Positions 26,993 through 38,402 of a DNA stretch of 40,774 bases are shown one piece after another. Numbering within the stretch: the stretch's first letter is position 1; every line of letters starts with the position of its first letter. The translations under genes were made by a program, and so were the position numbers. The stretch is taken from contig NC_068999.1 of assembly GCF_001194135.2 (NCBI RefSeq), forward strand, positions 36,769,570 through 36,810,343. The letters are read 5' to 3'. The notes under the pieces are model-generated. The model saw only the letters and a list, made by a program, of their open reading frames with translations, had not been told where the DNA came from and did not search any database. This DNA is from Octopus bimaculoides. Taxonomy: Eukaryota.

Positions 26993-29149
26993 TATATATA
27001 TATATATATATANNNNNNNNNNNNNNNNNNNNNNNNNNNNNNNNNNNNNNNNNNNNNNNNNNNNNNNNNNNNNNNNNNNNNNNNNNNNNNNNNNNNNNNN
27101 NNNNNNNNNNNNNNNNNNNNNNNNNNNNNNNNNNNNNNNNNNNNNNNNNNNNNNNNNNNNNNNNNNNNNNNNNNNNNNNNNNNNNNNNNNNNNNNNNNNN
27201 NNNNNNNNNNNNNNNNNNNNNNNNNNNNNNNNNNNNNNNNNNNNNNNNNNNNNNNNNNNNNNNNNNNNNNNNNNNNNNNNNNNNNNNNNNNNNNNNNNNN
27301 NNNNNNNNNNNNNNNNNNNNNNNNNNNNNNNNNNNNNNNNNNNNNNNNNNNNNNNNNNNNNNNNNNNNNNNNNNNNNNNNNNNNNNNNNNNNNNNNNNNN
27401 NNNNNNNNNNNNNNNNNNNNNNNNNNNNNNNNNNNNNNNNNNNNNNNTATATATAATATGAATTAGAAGCGGCCACACATATTCAAAGTATGCGCTTTGC
27501 TTTTTCGCCAATCGGCTGCGATTTGATGCGGTGGAGATAACTCTCTCAATGAGCTGGGTATTGAAATATCTGAAAGTCATAGGCAGGCGAAAAAACTCAC
27601 TCCAAGTTCCATTCATGGGTGATGGATAGTACGCCATTTGTGGGATTTATCAACATCACGTACCCGAATAGAACCGTGGGCAAATTGAATAGCCTATCCA
27701 TGATTATATGTAAAGTTGTTTAAAAACCATCTGCTGCTATACTCGAACGATACATGCGTAGGAATAAATTCGAATTTGAATTAAAGGCAGCACGAGTGTT
27801 GTAAACATTATCGAATATACATGCTCAACATATGTGTTTTGCTTGTTCGCTTAAAATATGTGTTTTGCATCTTCACATGGTGGAGATACCTCTCTCAATA
27901 ATAAAAGATTCACGAACAAGCATATCAAACATATATTTCCATCATCAGCTGCCTAATGGATATTGTTATGTTACGGGGGAGATGTTTCCTACTTCCTTCA
28001 AAGTCATGAAAGCAATATTAAGTTTACGATTATATTTCCATTCCAAGGCTCTATAGATAATGTTGCCTCACGATTGAACGTGTAACACAGAAGATATCTC
28101 TTATAATTGTGACTGAAGTAAGGTAATTTTTTTCTTACGTGATACTATAGTTAAATGTGTAAAACAAATTTTTAATTTCCTTTTTAATGCCTTAGTTGAA
28201 GTACCTTTTCAGTGTTTCAACGATTGCTGAGAGTAATGGAGTGACTGTAGACTGAAGAACTAGCCCGAATGTTACAATGCTGTGTACTCCACTAAACATA
28301 TATGGTGGTCACTTGGTGGTGTTAAATCGGGTGTTGGATAAAACCTACCATTCCAGAACGGAAACAGTCAGCCTGACAATCTTCCACATAGTGGTTACTA
28401 AATTTCACTAATACGGCTTTGATCTATCAGGCTCTTTCATAAAAGGTATTATTCCCAAGATGACGTGTAGTAGGGTCACATGCAAAGCAAAGTAGTTGCG
28501 AAACCAGCTTCCGTCCATATATAGTCAACAATAAATGATTGCAAGAAGGGAATATTACCCATCATCATATATTCATTTCGTTTAAATTTTTCTTCAATAA
28601 CTAGTAAATGATAGCATGTTCAATATTTAAATCTCCCATTAAATCAACAAAAATAACCAAAGTGCTCTATATATATGAAACCAAATTTAAATGTTATAAG
28701 AAATTTATGTATTTATAAATGTTATACATCGTGAATATCTTTTCATGTACGGGAAAATCATATGTGAAAGAATACTTAATGCATTTTAACATATTGATAT
28801 GGTTATGAATATGTTAAAAATATTGAATATCCTTTCATATACGTAACTGTTTAGCAATCGTGTATAGTGTTTCATTTAATTTTATCTTGATAAAACTACT
28901 TGCAAAATGTAATTTCTCTAGAAGGTATTCACCATTTCTCATAAAACAGGATGTCTTCAAACCAATGCAGGAGTCACTAGAAATAGCAACCAAATCTCCT
29001 TCAAATCACACTATGCTATCTTATAAATATAGATTAAAAAAAAGAAAGGATGCTTTCGACAATTTAAACTTATGTCTATATTGTGTATTATGATTCCATT
29101 CACATCTACGACGTTCTACAGCAATATTAAATGTAACTCAAATACTTGG

Positions 29150-29430
29150 ATGATGGTATTTTATTGTATCGACCATGGTGGGATAAAGGCGCAGTTGAAG
29201 TCGGCAATATTTGAACTCAGAACGTAAATATGCGTAATTAAATACTGCAGCCATATTGATCGATGCTCTAATGCAATGGTTCTCGGCCATTTTTGGCCTG
29301 TGGACCCTTTTGATTTCTGTTTTTATTCTATTGAATCTCCATAGCCTTTCAATGTATATAATAAAATCTCCTGTATAATTAAAGACTATTAGGTTGAAAA
29401 CCACTGCTCTAACGAGCCTGCCACCAGAAT
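29150..29430 (-). mobile_element. Old SINE family A copy interrupted by a hAT MITE
   Basis: ATTTGAACTCAGAACGTAAA..AAATACTGC before the MITE; CTCTAACGAGCCTGCCA resumes after it. Confidence 0.7.
29274..29406. mobile_element. hAT-type MITE
   Basis: Imperfect TIRs CAATGGTTTCTCGGCC / GGTTGAAAACCACTG; 8-bp TSD CTCTAATG (29266-29273) / CTCTAACG (29407-29414). Confidence 0.8.
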
Positions 29431-29510
29431 ATATCAGAACGACGATGTGATAATCTCTGTGGTCATTGGGCTGTTATATCAGAGCTGACTTGGGGCTAAA
29501 CTGTAATATA

Positions 29511-29612
29511 CAGGGTGTCCACAAAGTCTGGGTACATGGAGTAAATAATATCATAACATAAACAATTAAATATAAGAAATAATAATTTCTTAAAGTATGT
29601 GTGGACACCCTG
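29511..29612. mobile_element. Tc1/mariner-type mini-MITE (102 bp)
   Basis: Perfect 13-bp TIR CAGGGTGTCCACA / TGTGGACACCCTG with TA on both sides. Confidence 0.88.
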
Positions 29613-29753
29613 TATAAGATAAGCAATTTTGCGAGATTGTAATATCATCTACTCATGATTTCCTCGCATGATTTCTTTACTGATTTATTTACTGATTTAA
29701 TGAATAAAATAAGTGAAATTTATGTATAGAAAAGGAAATGCTGTTGTGGATAT

Positions 29754-29862
<109 letters not shown>

Positions 29863-30332
29863 AGTTCTCAATTTTTGCTCTGCCGAACCAACAATGGACA
29901 CTTACTTTTTTCTTCTGATGATCTGGCGTTCAATGGTGACTATGCGCTAGTATACGCGAGTGAAACACGTGTAAAGGTTATGTAAGTTATGATAAAAATT
30001 TTAACTGAATCTCATATGATTCTGCTGTCGGTCATGTATACGTACGTATGTATGAATGAGTGCGTGTGTGTGTATGTATGTGCGCATGTGAGTGTGTGTA
30101 TGTTTATTTACTTTAACCATATCTGCCTTATGATGGATTGAATTTTTCTAATCGAGTACAGGCTCATTTAACTCCCCTTACCACTTCTACTTCACCATCA
30201 GTCCTCCATCTCATAACTATGACCTCTGAATTCAGCATATTTCTGTCAACTGATTGATTTTTTTCTTACCGTTTTCTCTCTCTCTCTCTCTCTCTATCTC
30301 TCTCCCTCTCTCTCTCTCTCTCNNNNNNNNNN

Positions 30333-30381
<49 letters not shown>

Positions 30382-30457
30382 GCTCAACTATTCTAGCACC
30401 TTCCTTAATATCCTTCCCTTCATCGTCCTAAATCCTCTTCCTTAACACATCTAAATA

Positions 30458-30660
30458 ATGCTTTCAAATTTTGACACAAGGCCAGAAGTTTTGAGGAACG
30501 GGGTAAGTCGATTACTTAACTGATGCTTATTTTATCGATTCCAAAGGAATAAAAGGCAAAGTCGACCTCAGAGGAATTTGAACTCAGAGCGTAAAGACGA
30601 ACGAAATGTCGCTAAGCATTTAGGCCAGCGTGCAAACGATTCTGCTAGCTCACCGACTTA
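30458..30660 (-). mobile_element. SINE family A copy
   Basis: Similar to 3104-3318. Confidence 0.88.
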
Positions 30661-30746
30661 AGACAACTAAATATTCAGCAATATATTACCTGCATTAAAT
30701 AATTAACTACTATCCACTCCATCCCTTCTATCTTACACATATATAT

Positions 30747-31518
30747 ACTAGAATTGAAAAATGCGCATGCTCAAAAGGATTACAGAATGTCGTAATAAAC
30801 CTTAAAAAGTATGGGGCTAGCATTGTTGCTGAAAATATTGGAATCGCTATATGTTGTACATTCTGTGGTATCTTAAAATGAAAAGCGACTCATGTGTGAA
30901 TTACGATGTCACGATCATTATCAAACCGAGTTCTTAATATAAAAATTTGAAAATATACAAAATATGATCTTTAACTTAGAATAAGTAATTGCATTATAAT
31001 ACTCTTCATACCAAAGTATATCAAAAAAACATATTTCACACTGTGTATAAATTACCATGATAAAAAAAAAAAAATTACTGGATTTATGAAGTCGAATCTA
31101 TATAACAGCGGAAGTACGAAACCGAAATAATTATAAGCAAAGATAATTCGCATTATGATACTCATATTAATGGAATGGTTATGCAAATCAAACAAATTAT
31201 TACTAAATTATTTTTGATTGATTACTTGTAAATTTATAAAAATTATCATTCATAGATTGAATTATTACGTAAAGATAACATTAGTATTTGTAAACAATTG
31301 TTTTGTTAAAATTGAGTATACGATAATCGAACTTCATTAATTTTTAATATAACTTAATTTCGATGAAATAAACAAATTTCTTGTGATAAAAAGATGCCAC
31401 AGAATGTATAACATATAGTGATTACAATATTTTTGGGCAACAATGCTAGTCCCATACTTTTAAGGTTTATTATGACATTCTGTAACCCAATTGAGCGTGC
31501 ACATTTTTCAATTCTAGT
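30747..31518. mobile_element. Non-autonomous DNA element with ~128-bp TIRs, superfamily unassigned
   Basis: 30747-30874 (ACTAGAATTGAAAAATG..CATTCTGTGGTATCTT) is the reverse complement of 31391-31518 at roughly 87% by eye; AT-rich interior with no ORF. Confidence 0.85.
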
Positions 31519-31954
31519 TTTGTACTTTTTAAGGCAATACTTGTAATATTTTATATACGTACCGTGTTTCTCCTAACGGTGTGGCAACCTCTAATAAACT
31601 GACGCTCAAACGCCGACCAATTGAAATAGTGTGACTGTCACAATATAAAAAAAAATATACGATAAAATCGATAATAATTGTCGTACTTGTTTATTATCGT
31701 ACGGAGAGATACTGAACAGTAGCTAGTGTTATGAGCTGTATATTTTTAAAAATATTAATAATATTAATTATTAGAAGATTATTAGCAAAATCTAAAATGA
31801 CATACCATGCAACGAAGAGAAGGCAAAAATGAGTAAGACAAAATTCTCGAAACGGCCACGCCCCCTTACACTTTCATTCGCAACCTAGGAATATATTGCC
31901 AGACACACAGTAGACAGGACTATAACATTCTGTTGTCGGTCAATGCGTGCCTCT

Positions 31955-32090
31955 GACAAATATCCTATCCCTTCTACAGTAAGCAGCACATGGCCTGACA
32001 TTTTATGGGAGGAGGCTAGTCGATTACGTCGCCTCCAGTACTCGACTAATACTTCTTTTATTGACTCCGAAAGCCGACCTCGGCGAAATA
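31955..32090 (-). mobile_element. SINE family A fragment, internally deleted
   Basis: TAGTCGATTACGTCGCCTCCAGTACTCGACT..AGCCGACCTCGGCGAAAT. Confidence 0.7.
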
Positions 32091-32257
32091 TTTTACACAT
32101 AGGTCAAATCTGGATTTAATCACTTAATTTACACTCTCATGATTTCGAGACTCGAAACAAATACGACTTGTAAACACCAGCAGTTGAATAAACCTACTGT
32201 CGTTATTGAATAATTCGCCTCAAATTCCGGATCTAATTTTTTAAACAAATAGCACAG

Positions 32258-32655
32258 ACGTAGCTGTGTGTGTTAGGAAGTTTGCTTCCCAACCATATGA
32301 GGCCGGATTCAGTTCCACTGCGTGACACTTTGGGCAAGTATCTTCTACTATAGCCTCGGACCGACCAAAGCCTTGTGAATGGATTTGGTAGACGAAAACT
32401 GAAAGAAACCTGTAGCGCGTACGTGCGCGTGTGTGTGTGTGTGTGTGTGTTTGTCCCCCGCCCCACCCCAAGCACCACCTGACAAATAATGTTGGGTTGT
32501 TTACTTCCACACAACATAGCGGTTCGGCAAAAAAGGCCGATAGAATAAATGCCAAGTTTAAAACAAAAAATAGGTCCTGGCATCAATTCATTTGACTAAA
32601 ATTCTTCAAGATGGTGCCCCAACCTGACCGCAGTCTAATGATTGAGACAAGTAAT
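32258..32655 (+). mobile_element. SINE family B, near full length, short internal (GT)n
   Basis: Head, internal microsatellite and 3' domain as in 6698-7110. Confidence 0.88.
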
Positions 32656-34004
32656 ACATATGCATATATGCATACATACATACATACATACATACATACA
32701 TACAAGTAATACATATGTATTCACGGTGGTGCTCCAGCATGACCACTTGGCAGAAACCCATAAATAAATAAAAATACATACACACTTTCTCATACAGGCA
32801 TCCCCCACAAATTTATGTGGCCTTGTGTCTGTGTTAGATATCAATATATAGGTAACTTCCTCTATATCTACAATCAAACCTTACAACTAATTAATGAGTG
32901 AAAATATCTAAACGGAGTGGATTTTATTCTTTTTTTTTTTTTGGTAATTATTTCTTTTTGGGCTTCCATTTATTCTTTTATTTATTTAGCTACACTGTGT
33001 TGATCGAAACAAAAATGGACAATAAGAACGATTTTTAATCTCTACATTTAAACGTAACTGAATCAATCAGAAATATTTTTTATTATCGTTATTTTATATT
33101 TTTTTGTTTTATTTTACTTTCTAGAGTTTTTCAAAGAATTCTCTCATGAAATAACAATGGAATCGTGGTTTTGTTTTTCAAAAGACGTATATTTATCGGT
33201 TTCAAATTAAATGAAACAAAAACTATTTGTAAATATATCAAATATATTTATGTCACAGTTTGTTTTGGGTTGGTTTTTTGTGTTCCTGAAAACAAACAGA
33301 ATTTATTTAAACTGTTTGAATTTTTATTCAGCGATGTTGATTTTCTTTCTTTTACTATTTATTTACTTCAATATATTTGACAAGGAAACTTCATTCAGAC
33401 TGGTGAGGTTTTGCTAAGAAAGGATGAAAAGAGCATCTGTTGTACCGTACAATTACTCTAACACGTAGCCAGATCCCATTTCCAACCAATCATCGGGCGT
33501 TGTTATAATCAGAAATGGTGATGAACGTTTTCGTATTTTTAATTCAGAGTGAGTTCTGAATTTCGTTTATTATTTATATAGTTTTTAGCTTTTGGATTGA
33601 CAGAATCATTACTTTACGGCGTTTTTTCTAGTTCTTTGCGTTCTGGATCCATATCTTGCTGAGATCAACTTTGTATTTCATCTTTTCCAGATCGAAAAGA
33701 AAAAATACCAGTCAAGTACTGGGGGACACCTTAATTTGCTTATCGCCTCACCCAAAATTTCTGGCCGTATGCTTATGTATGTTTGTCTGTATTGATGTAT
33801 GTGAGTGAGTGAATGAGTGAATGAGTGAGTCTATTATCCAGATGTCATATATTTCAATCTTGCTACCTTCCGACTATAAAACTTCACATCATTTTTGTCT
33901 TTTTCTCAGTGTTAAAACAGTTATTCATTGTTCAATATAAAGCAGTGAAAGTAGTTTTCTGTATTGAATTTATGGGAAGGAGTCTTTAATCTTCAATGTG
34001 AAGT

Positions 34005-34160
34005 TTGCGTCGCAGTAACTTCACCGTTCCGTAAAACAGACTGTTGGAATAAGTACCAAGCGTTAAAAAGTACAAAAAGAGACAATTTGTTTGACTAAAA
34101 ACCATTCAAGGCGTTGCCCCAGCATGGCAGCAGTCCAATGACAAAAACAAGTAAAAGATA
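34005..34160 (+). mobile_element. SINE family B 3' domain fragment
   Basis: GAATAAGTACCAAG..TTCAAGGCGTTGCCCCAGCATGGCAGCAGTCCAATGAC..CAAGTAAAAGATA. Confidence 0.8.
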
Positions 34161-35037
34161 CGCCATAGAAGCACAGGAAATATAAAATGAGATAAGGAAA
34201 TTAACATCAACACTTTCGCCCACTACACTGAAAGTATTTTTCATAAATACAAATGAGAATATTGGAAACTTCATATTCGAAAGTTCACCCTACGCTTTGT
34301 AAATACTTCTGTGAATAAGGAAAAAATGAAGCCTTCTCTACTAGTTGGAAGGCAGTTGTAGAGAGGAAAATAACATATGTGAATGGTACAATACTTGTTG
34401 CCATTCTTTCGGTTAGAACAGTATTGTGTCCGTAAAGTCATAATAATGTTTATGTAAATTTTATGTAAAGTTTGGTGCAATTCGATATGGCTGCCATTTG
34501 TTGCCCTACACACATCCAATCTATACTCCAGTTGGATGAGCGAGGAAAACTTTACGAATACACTCGATATATATATTTCCCTGTCCAAATCATCACTCCG
34601 CCAGTTCTGTGTCAGGTGTAAAGCCCGACAGTGCTTCAGATTTGTGTGTTTGTTGGTTGATGTATAAATAATGATTGCTAAATTCCCACATTTTATTGCC
34701 GCAACAATTACAAGACTTCCAAGATAGATGTTTGTTTACGTGAAGACAGATGTCGCAACCAAGAATTCAATACACTGAAGTATGTTTATGTTTAATCCAA
34801 CTACTTTCATTTTGTATAATAAACCGTAGCACTCTTAACAAATATAACAGTACTGGAGGTCACTGCAGATTGTATGGCATCCATTTCAGATATTTTAGTT
34901 CATTTTAAAGAACGATAAAGGAAACACATTTTAAGATTCGTCGCTTTTCATCAGTTTACATTCAACACGAGACACACCAAGAGACTAGATAATGACTACT
35001 TAGAAAATGGTATTGAGCTAACAAATGGATCTTACTA

Positions 35038-35764
35038 CGAGGGGTAGCCAAAAGTAACCGGAAACGTTTTTTGTAGGACAAGCCCATTGTAGTTCAGGAT
35101 TCCACCGCTAGAAGCTACTTGATGCGACCCCCAGACATCAGTCTGCCGACTGGCGGCGTCTGATGAGGTCTTACTGCCACGTGGTACGTTTTTGTTTTGT
35201 AGTTTTCTGCTGAGGAAAATGGCGGCCGAAACAGTTGTCATGCTTCAAACAGCTTACAAGCACGCTGCCATGAGCCAATACGACCTCCCGAACGTATGAA
35301 AACACCATGAAAATCCATGAACTGATCTTGGAGGATTGTCACTGAACAATTGACAGGCTTGTTGATATGATTAGTGTGTCCTGGAGCTGCCGCCATCGAA
35401 TTTTAACTGAGGAATTGCGAATGAAAAGAGTTGCAACAAAATTTGTGCCTCACTTGCTCACGGAAGATCAAAAGCAGTCACGACTGAATGCGTGTCATGA
35501 ACTGAAAGAAGAGTTGGAAGTTGATTCAGACCTTTTTTCGAAGGTCATCTCTAGTGACGAAAGTTGATGCTACGGAATTTGCAGATGTAGGAGAGGTGAA
35601 GAAAAAAACCACGGAGACGTCAAAAGGCATCACTTTACAAGAGCTCCAGCATTGCTTCGAACAGTGGAAAACGCGTCTGGACCGATGCGATAAAATGTAA
35701 ATATGTAAAACTAAGTGAATAAAATAACATTGCATGATTCCGGTTTCTTTGAGGTACCCCTTCG
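35038..35764 (+). mobile_element. Internally deleted mariner transposon (727 bp)
   Basis: TIRs CGAGGGGTAGCCAAAAGTAACCGGAA / TTCCGGTTTCTTTGAGGTACCCCTTCG with TA flanks; transposase remnants FLLRKMAAETVVMLQTAYK, KFVPHLLTEDQK..SDES*CY and FADVGEVKKKTT..CFEQWKTRLDRC; the catalytic core is deleted. Confidence 0.92.
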
Positions 35765-36293
35765 TATATGTTTGCTTNNNNNNNNNNNNNNNNNNNNNNN
35801 NNNNNNNNNNNNNNNNNNNNNNNNNNNNNNNNNNNNNNNNNNNNNNNNNNNNNNNNNNNNNNNNNNNNNNNNNNNNNNNNNNNNNNNNNNNNNNNNNNNN
35901 NNNNNNNNNNNNNNNNNNNNNNNNNNNNNNNNNNNNNNNNNNNNNNNNNNNNNNNNNNNNNNNNNNNNNNNNNNNNNNNNNNNNNNNNNNNNNNNNNNNN
36001 NNNNNNNNNNNNNNNNNNNNNNNNNNNNNNNNNNNNNNNNNNNNNNNNNNNNNNNNNNNNNNNNNNNNNNNNNNNNNNNNNNNNNNNNNNNNNNNNNNNN
36101 NNNNNNNNNNNNNNNNNNNNNNNNNNNNNNNNNNNNNNNNNNNNNNNNNNNNNNNNNNNNNNNNNNNNNNNNNNNNNNNNNNNNNNNNNNNNNNNNNNNN
36201 NNNNNNNNNNNNNNNNNNNNNNNNNNNNNNNNNNNNNNNNNNNNNNNNNNNNNNNNNNNNNNNNNNNNNNNNNNNNNNNNNNNNNNNNNNNNN

Positions 36294-36339
<46 letters not shown>

Positions 36340-36344
<5 letters not shown>

Positions 36345-36492
36345 CAATTTCCGTCTACCAAATCAAGTCACAAGGCTTTGGTCGGCCCGAGGCTATAGTT
36401 GAAGACAAATGTCCGAGGTGCCACACAGTGGGACTGAACCCAGAACCATGTGGTTGCTAAGCAAGTCTCTTACCCCACAGCCACGCCTGCGG
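36340..36492 (-). mobile_element. SINE family B head
   Basis: CCGTCTACCAAATC..GTGGGACTGAACCCAGAACCATGTGG..ACAGCCACGCCTGCG. Confidence 0.88.
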
Positions 36493-37010
36493 CTTCTTAT
36501 TTGTTGCAACAACGGTATTGGTCAAGTGTTACATATTTGTACAGCAAATTGTAAAAGGTGTATCAAATATATTTTGGAAGAATATGTCTTATTTAATATT
36601 ACATACGCCCTTTTTGGCAAGAAGCATAAATAGAATAAGTGCGCAAGGCCTGATGGACAGTAAATACCATAAATTAGATAACGTCGTAAATTTCTTAGGA
36701 AATATTAAAAAATGCAAGAGCAGAAATTTATTTTTATCTATTTTAATAGCAAATAAAGTTTATTTCGGTCTGTTTGAATGTTTCTTTTACGAATTCTCAA
36801 AGAAGCAAACTTTATTATAGCTTATTCTAACGTAATAAATAATAATGTTTAAGGATTTATTACGATGTATTACTATACATCATATTCACATAAAATATTA
36901 TTATATTTCATGTATCGTTGTACAGTATGTGTACATGTATAATAATGTTAAGAAAATATATTACAACGGAATTCTTAATATAGATAACGCCTACTGAAAT
37001 GCCATTAGAT

Positions 37011-37311
37011 GACCTTGTTAACTGCGTCCTTGTAAGCTGTTTGAAGCATAACAACTGTTTCGGTCGCCGTTTTCTCTAGCAGAAAACAGAATTTCACAGA
37101 AGCACGCTGTTCCTTCGTTTCATCCATCGCAAAAATGGGCGAACAGGGAAGAAGCACTGCAAATCAAAGACGTAACATGTACAGTACGACCTCACTGGAC
37201 GATGCCAGTCACAGACTGGTGCCTGTGGGTCGCATCATGTGGCTTCTAGCGGCGGAAGCCTGAACTACAATGGGCTTGTCCTACAGAGAACGTTTCCAGG
37301 TTACTTTCTCG
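37011..37311 (-). mobile_element. Second mariner copy: 5' TIR, 5' UTR and transposase N-terminus
   Basis: Minus ATG at 37127 gives MDETKEQRASVKFCFLLEKTATETVVMLQTAYKDAV; 37188-37311 matches the reverse complement of 35038-35170; ends CTCG followed by TA. Confidence 0.88.
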
Positions 37312-37807
37312 TATACGTTCTAGAAAGCTCTAAATATTTTCAAGTTCATATCATTCCAGGAAATACTAACGTAAAATTAGATGTAACGAAACCTGCAATT
37401 CTGTTTTAAATGTTAGTTGTTAATCCTTAAACCAAACAATAAGGTCAAATACCGTTTTTCTGAACTATACGACGTTTTGGCGTAAACATTTTGGTACCGC
37501 TTTTGGTATCGCTGATTCAACGCTGACTTACTTGACATCAAACATTCTGTTTTCTCTCTCTCTTTATATATTTATCTATCTCTCTTTCTCTCTCTCCTTC
37601 TTTCTCTCTCTCTCCTTCTTTCCCTCTCTCCTTCTTTCTCTTCCTCTCTCTCACTCAATTTCAATCTCTCCCTTCTTCTCCCTCTCTCTCTCTCTCTCTC
37701 TCTTGTTCTTTGTGTATGTGTATGAGCATATTTCTACTTATGTGTATGAGGAGAAGGAAAGTGTTAAATAAATTGTAATGTCACTCTTTCTCCTCCTCCT
37801 TCTCCCA

Positions 37808-37845
<38 letters not shown>

Positions 37846-37932
37846 AGCTAATTCTGCACACACGTAAGTGTGTTTGTGTGTGAGTGCTTGTGTCTGAGTG
37901 TGTGTGTATGTAAGTGTGTCTGAGTGCGTGTT

Positions 37933-37963
<31 letters not shown>

Positions 37964-38402
37964 GCGTGCGCGCGTGTTTCAAATGCCGAAATGTAATTGC
38001 CGCCAAAACAGGTTGAATATCCAATCAGCCTTGCCAAATTGTCAACATCCAAACAGCCAATTATTTCATTCCAATTTTTCTTCTACTTGAGCAAACGCAT
38101 AAAGACATATTCTCGGTAAAAAAACAAAAAAAAATCTAATATTTCAATACGCCTACGTAAACAAACTCTGAGAGAAGAGAATCCTTACTTCAAATTCAGA
38201 ATTTTTATGTCTTGGGCGACCGGAATTTATGCAAAAAAAGAATTTTCTTATGTTTGTATCAAAGTAACTAATGACGTTATAATCTTTGATGTTATCTAGT
38301 CCCCAAGTTAGCCCTGCTTCAGCAGAAGTATAATCAAATACATTTCAAATATGAACACCCAGTTTTTTTTATCTCTTTTATTTATTTTTCCCCATGTGTT
38401 CG

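Noticed and set aside
27460-27720. ORF MAYYPSP.. (minus) and frame SKFHSWVMDSTPF.. (plus)
   Set aside because: Short, no recognised homology, poor splice acceptors.
28245-28280. CTGAAGAACTAGCCCGAATGTT as a hammerhead
   Set aside because: No pairing stem II and GAAA is broken.
34310-34400. Possible mariner C-terminal remnant (SWKAVVERKITYV)
   Set aside because: Too short and degenerate, and no TIR was found.
35160-35200. CTGATGA hammerhead core (also 24512-24518, and minus-strand hits near 10905 and 34950)
   Set aside because: No stem II followed by GAAA; a 7-mer is expected by chance several times in 40 kb.
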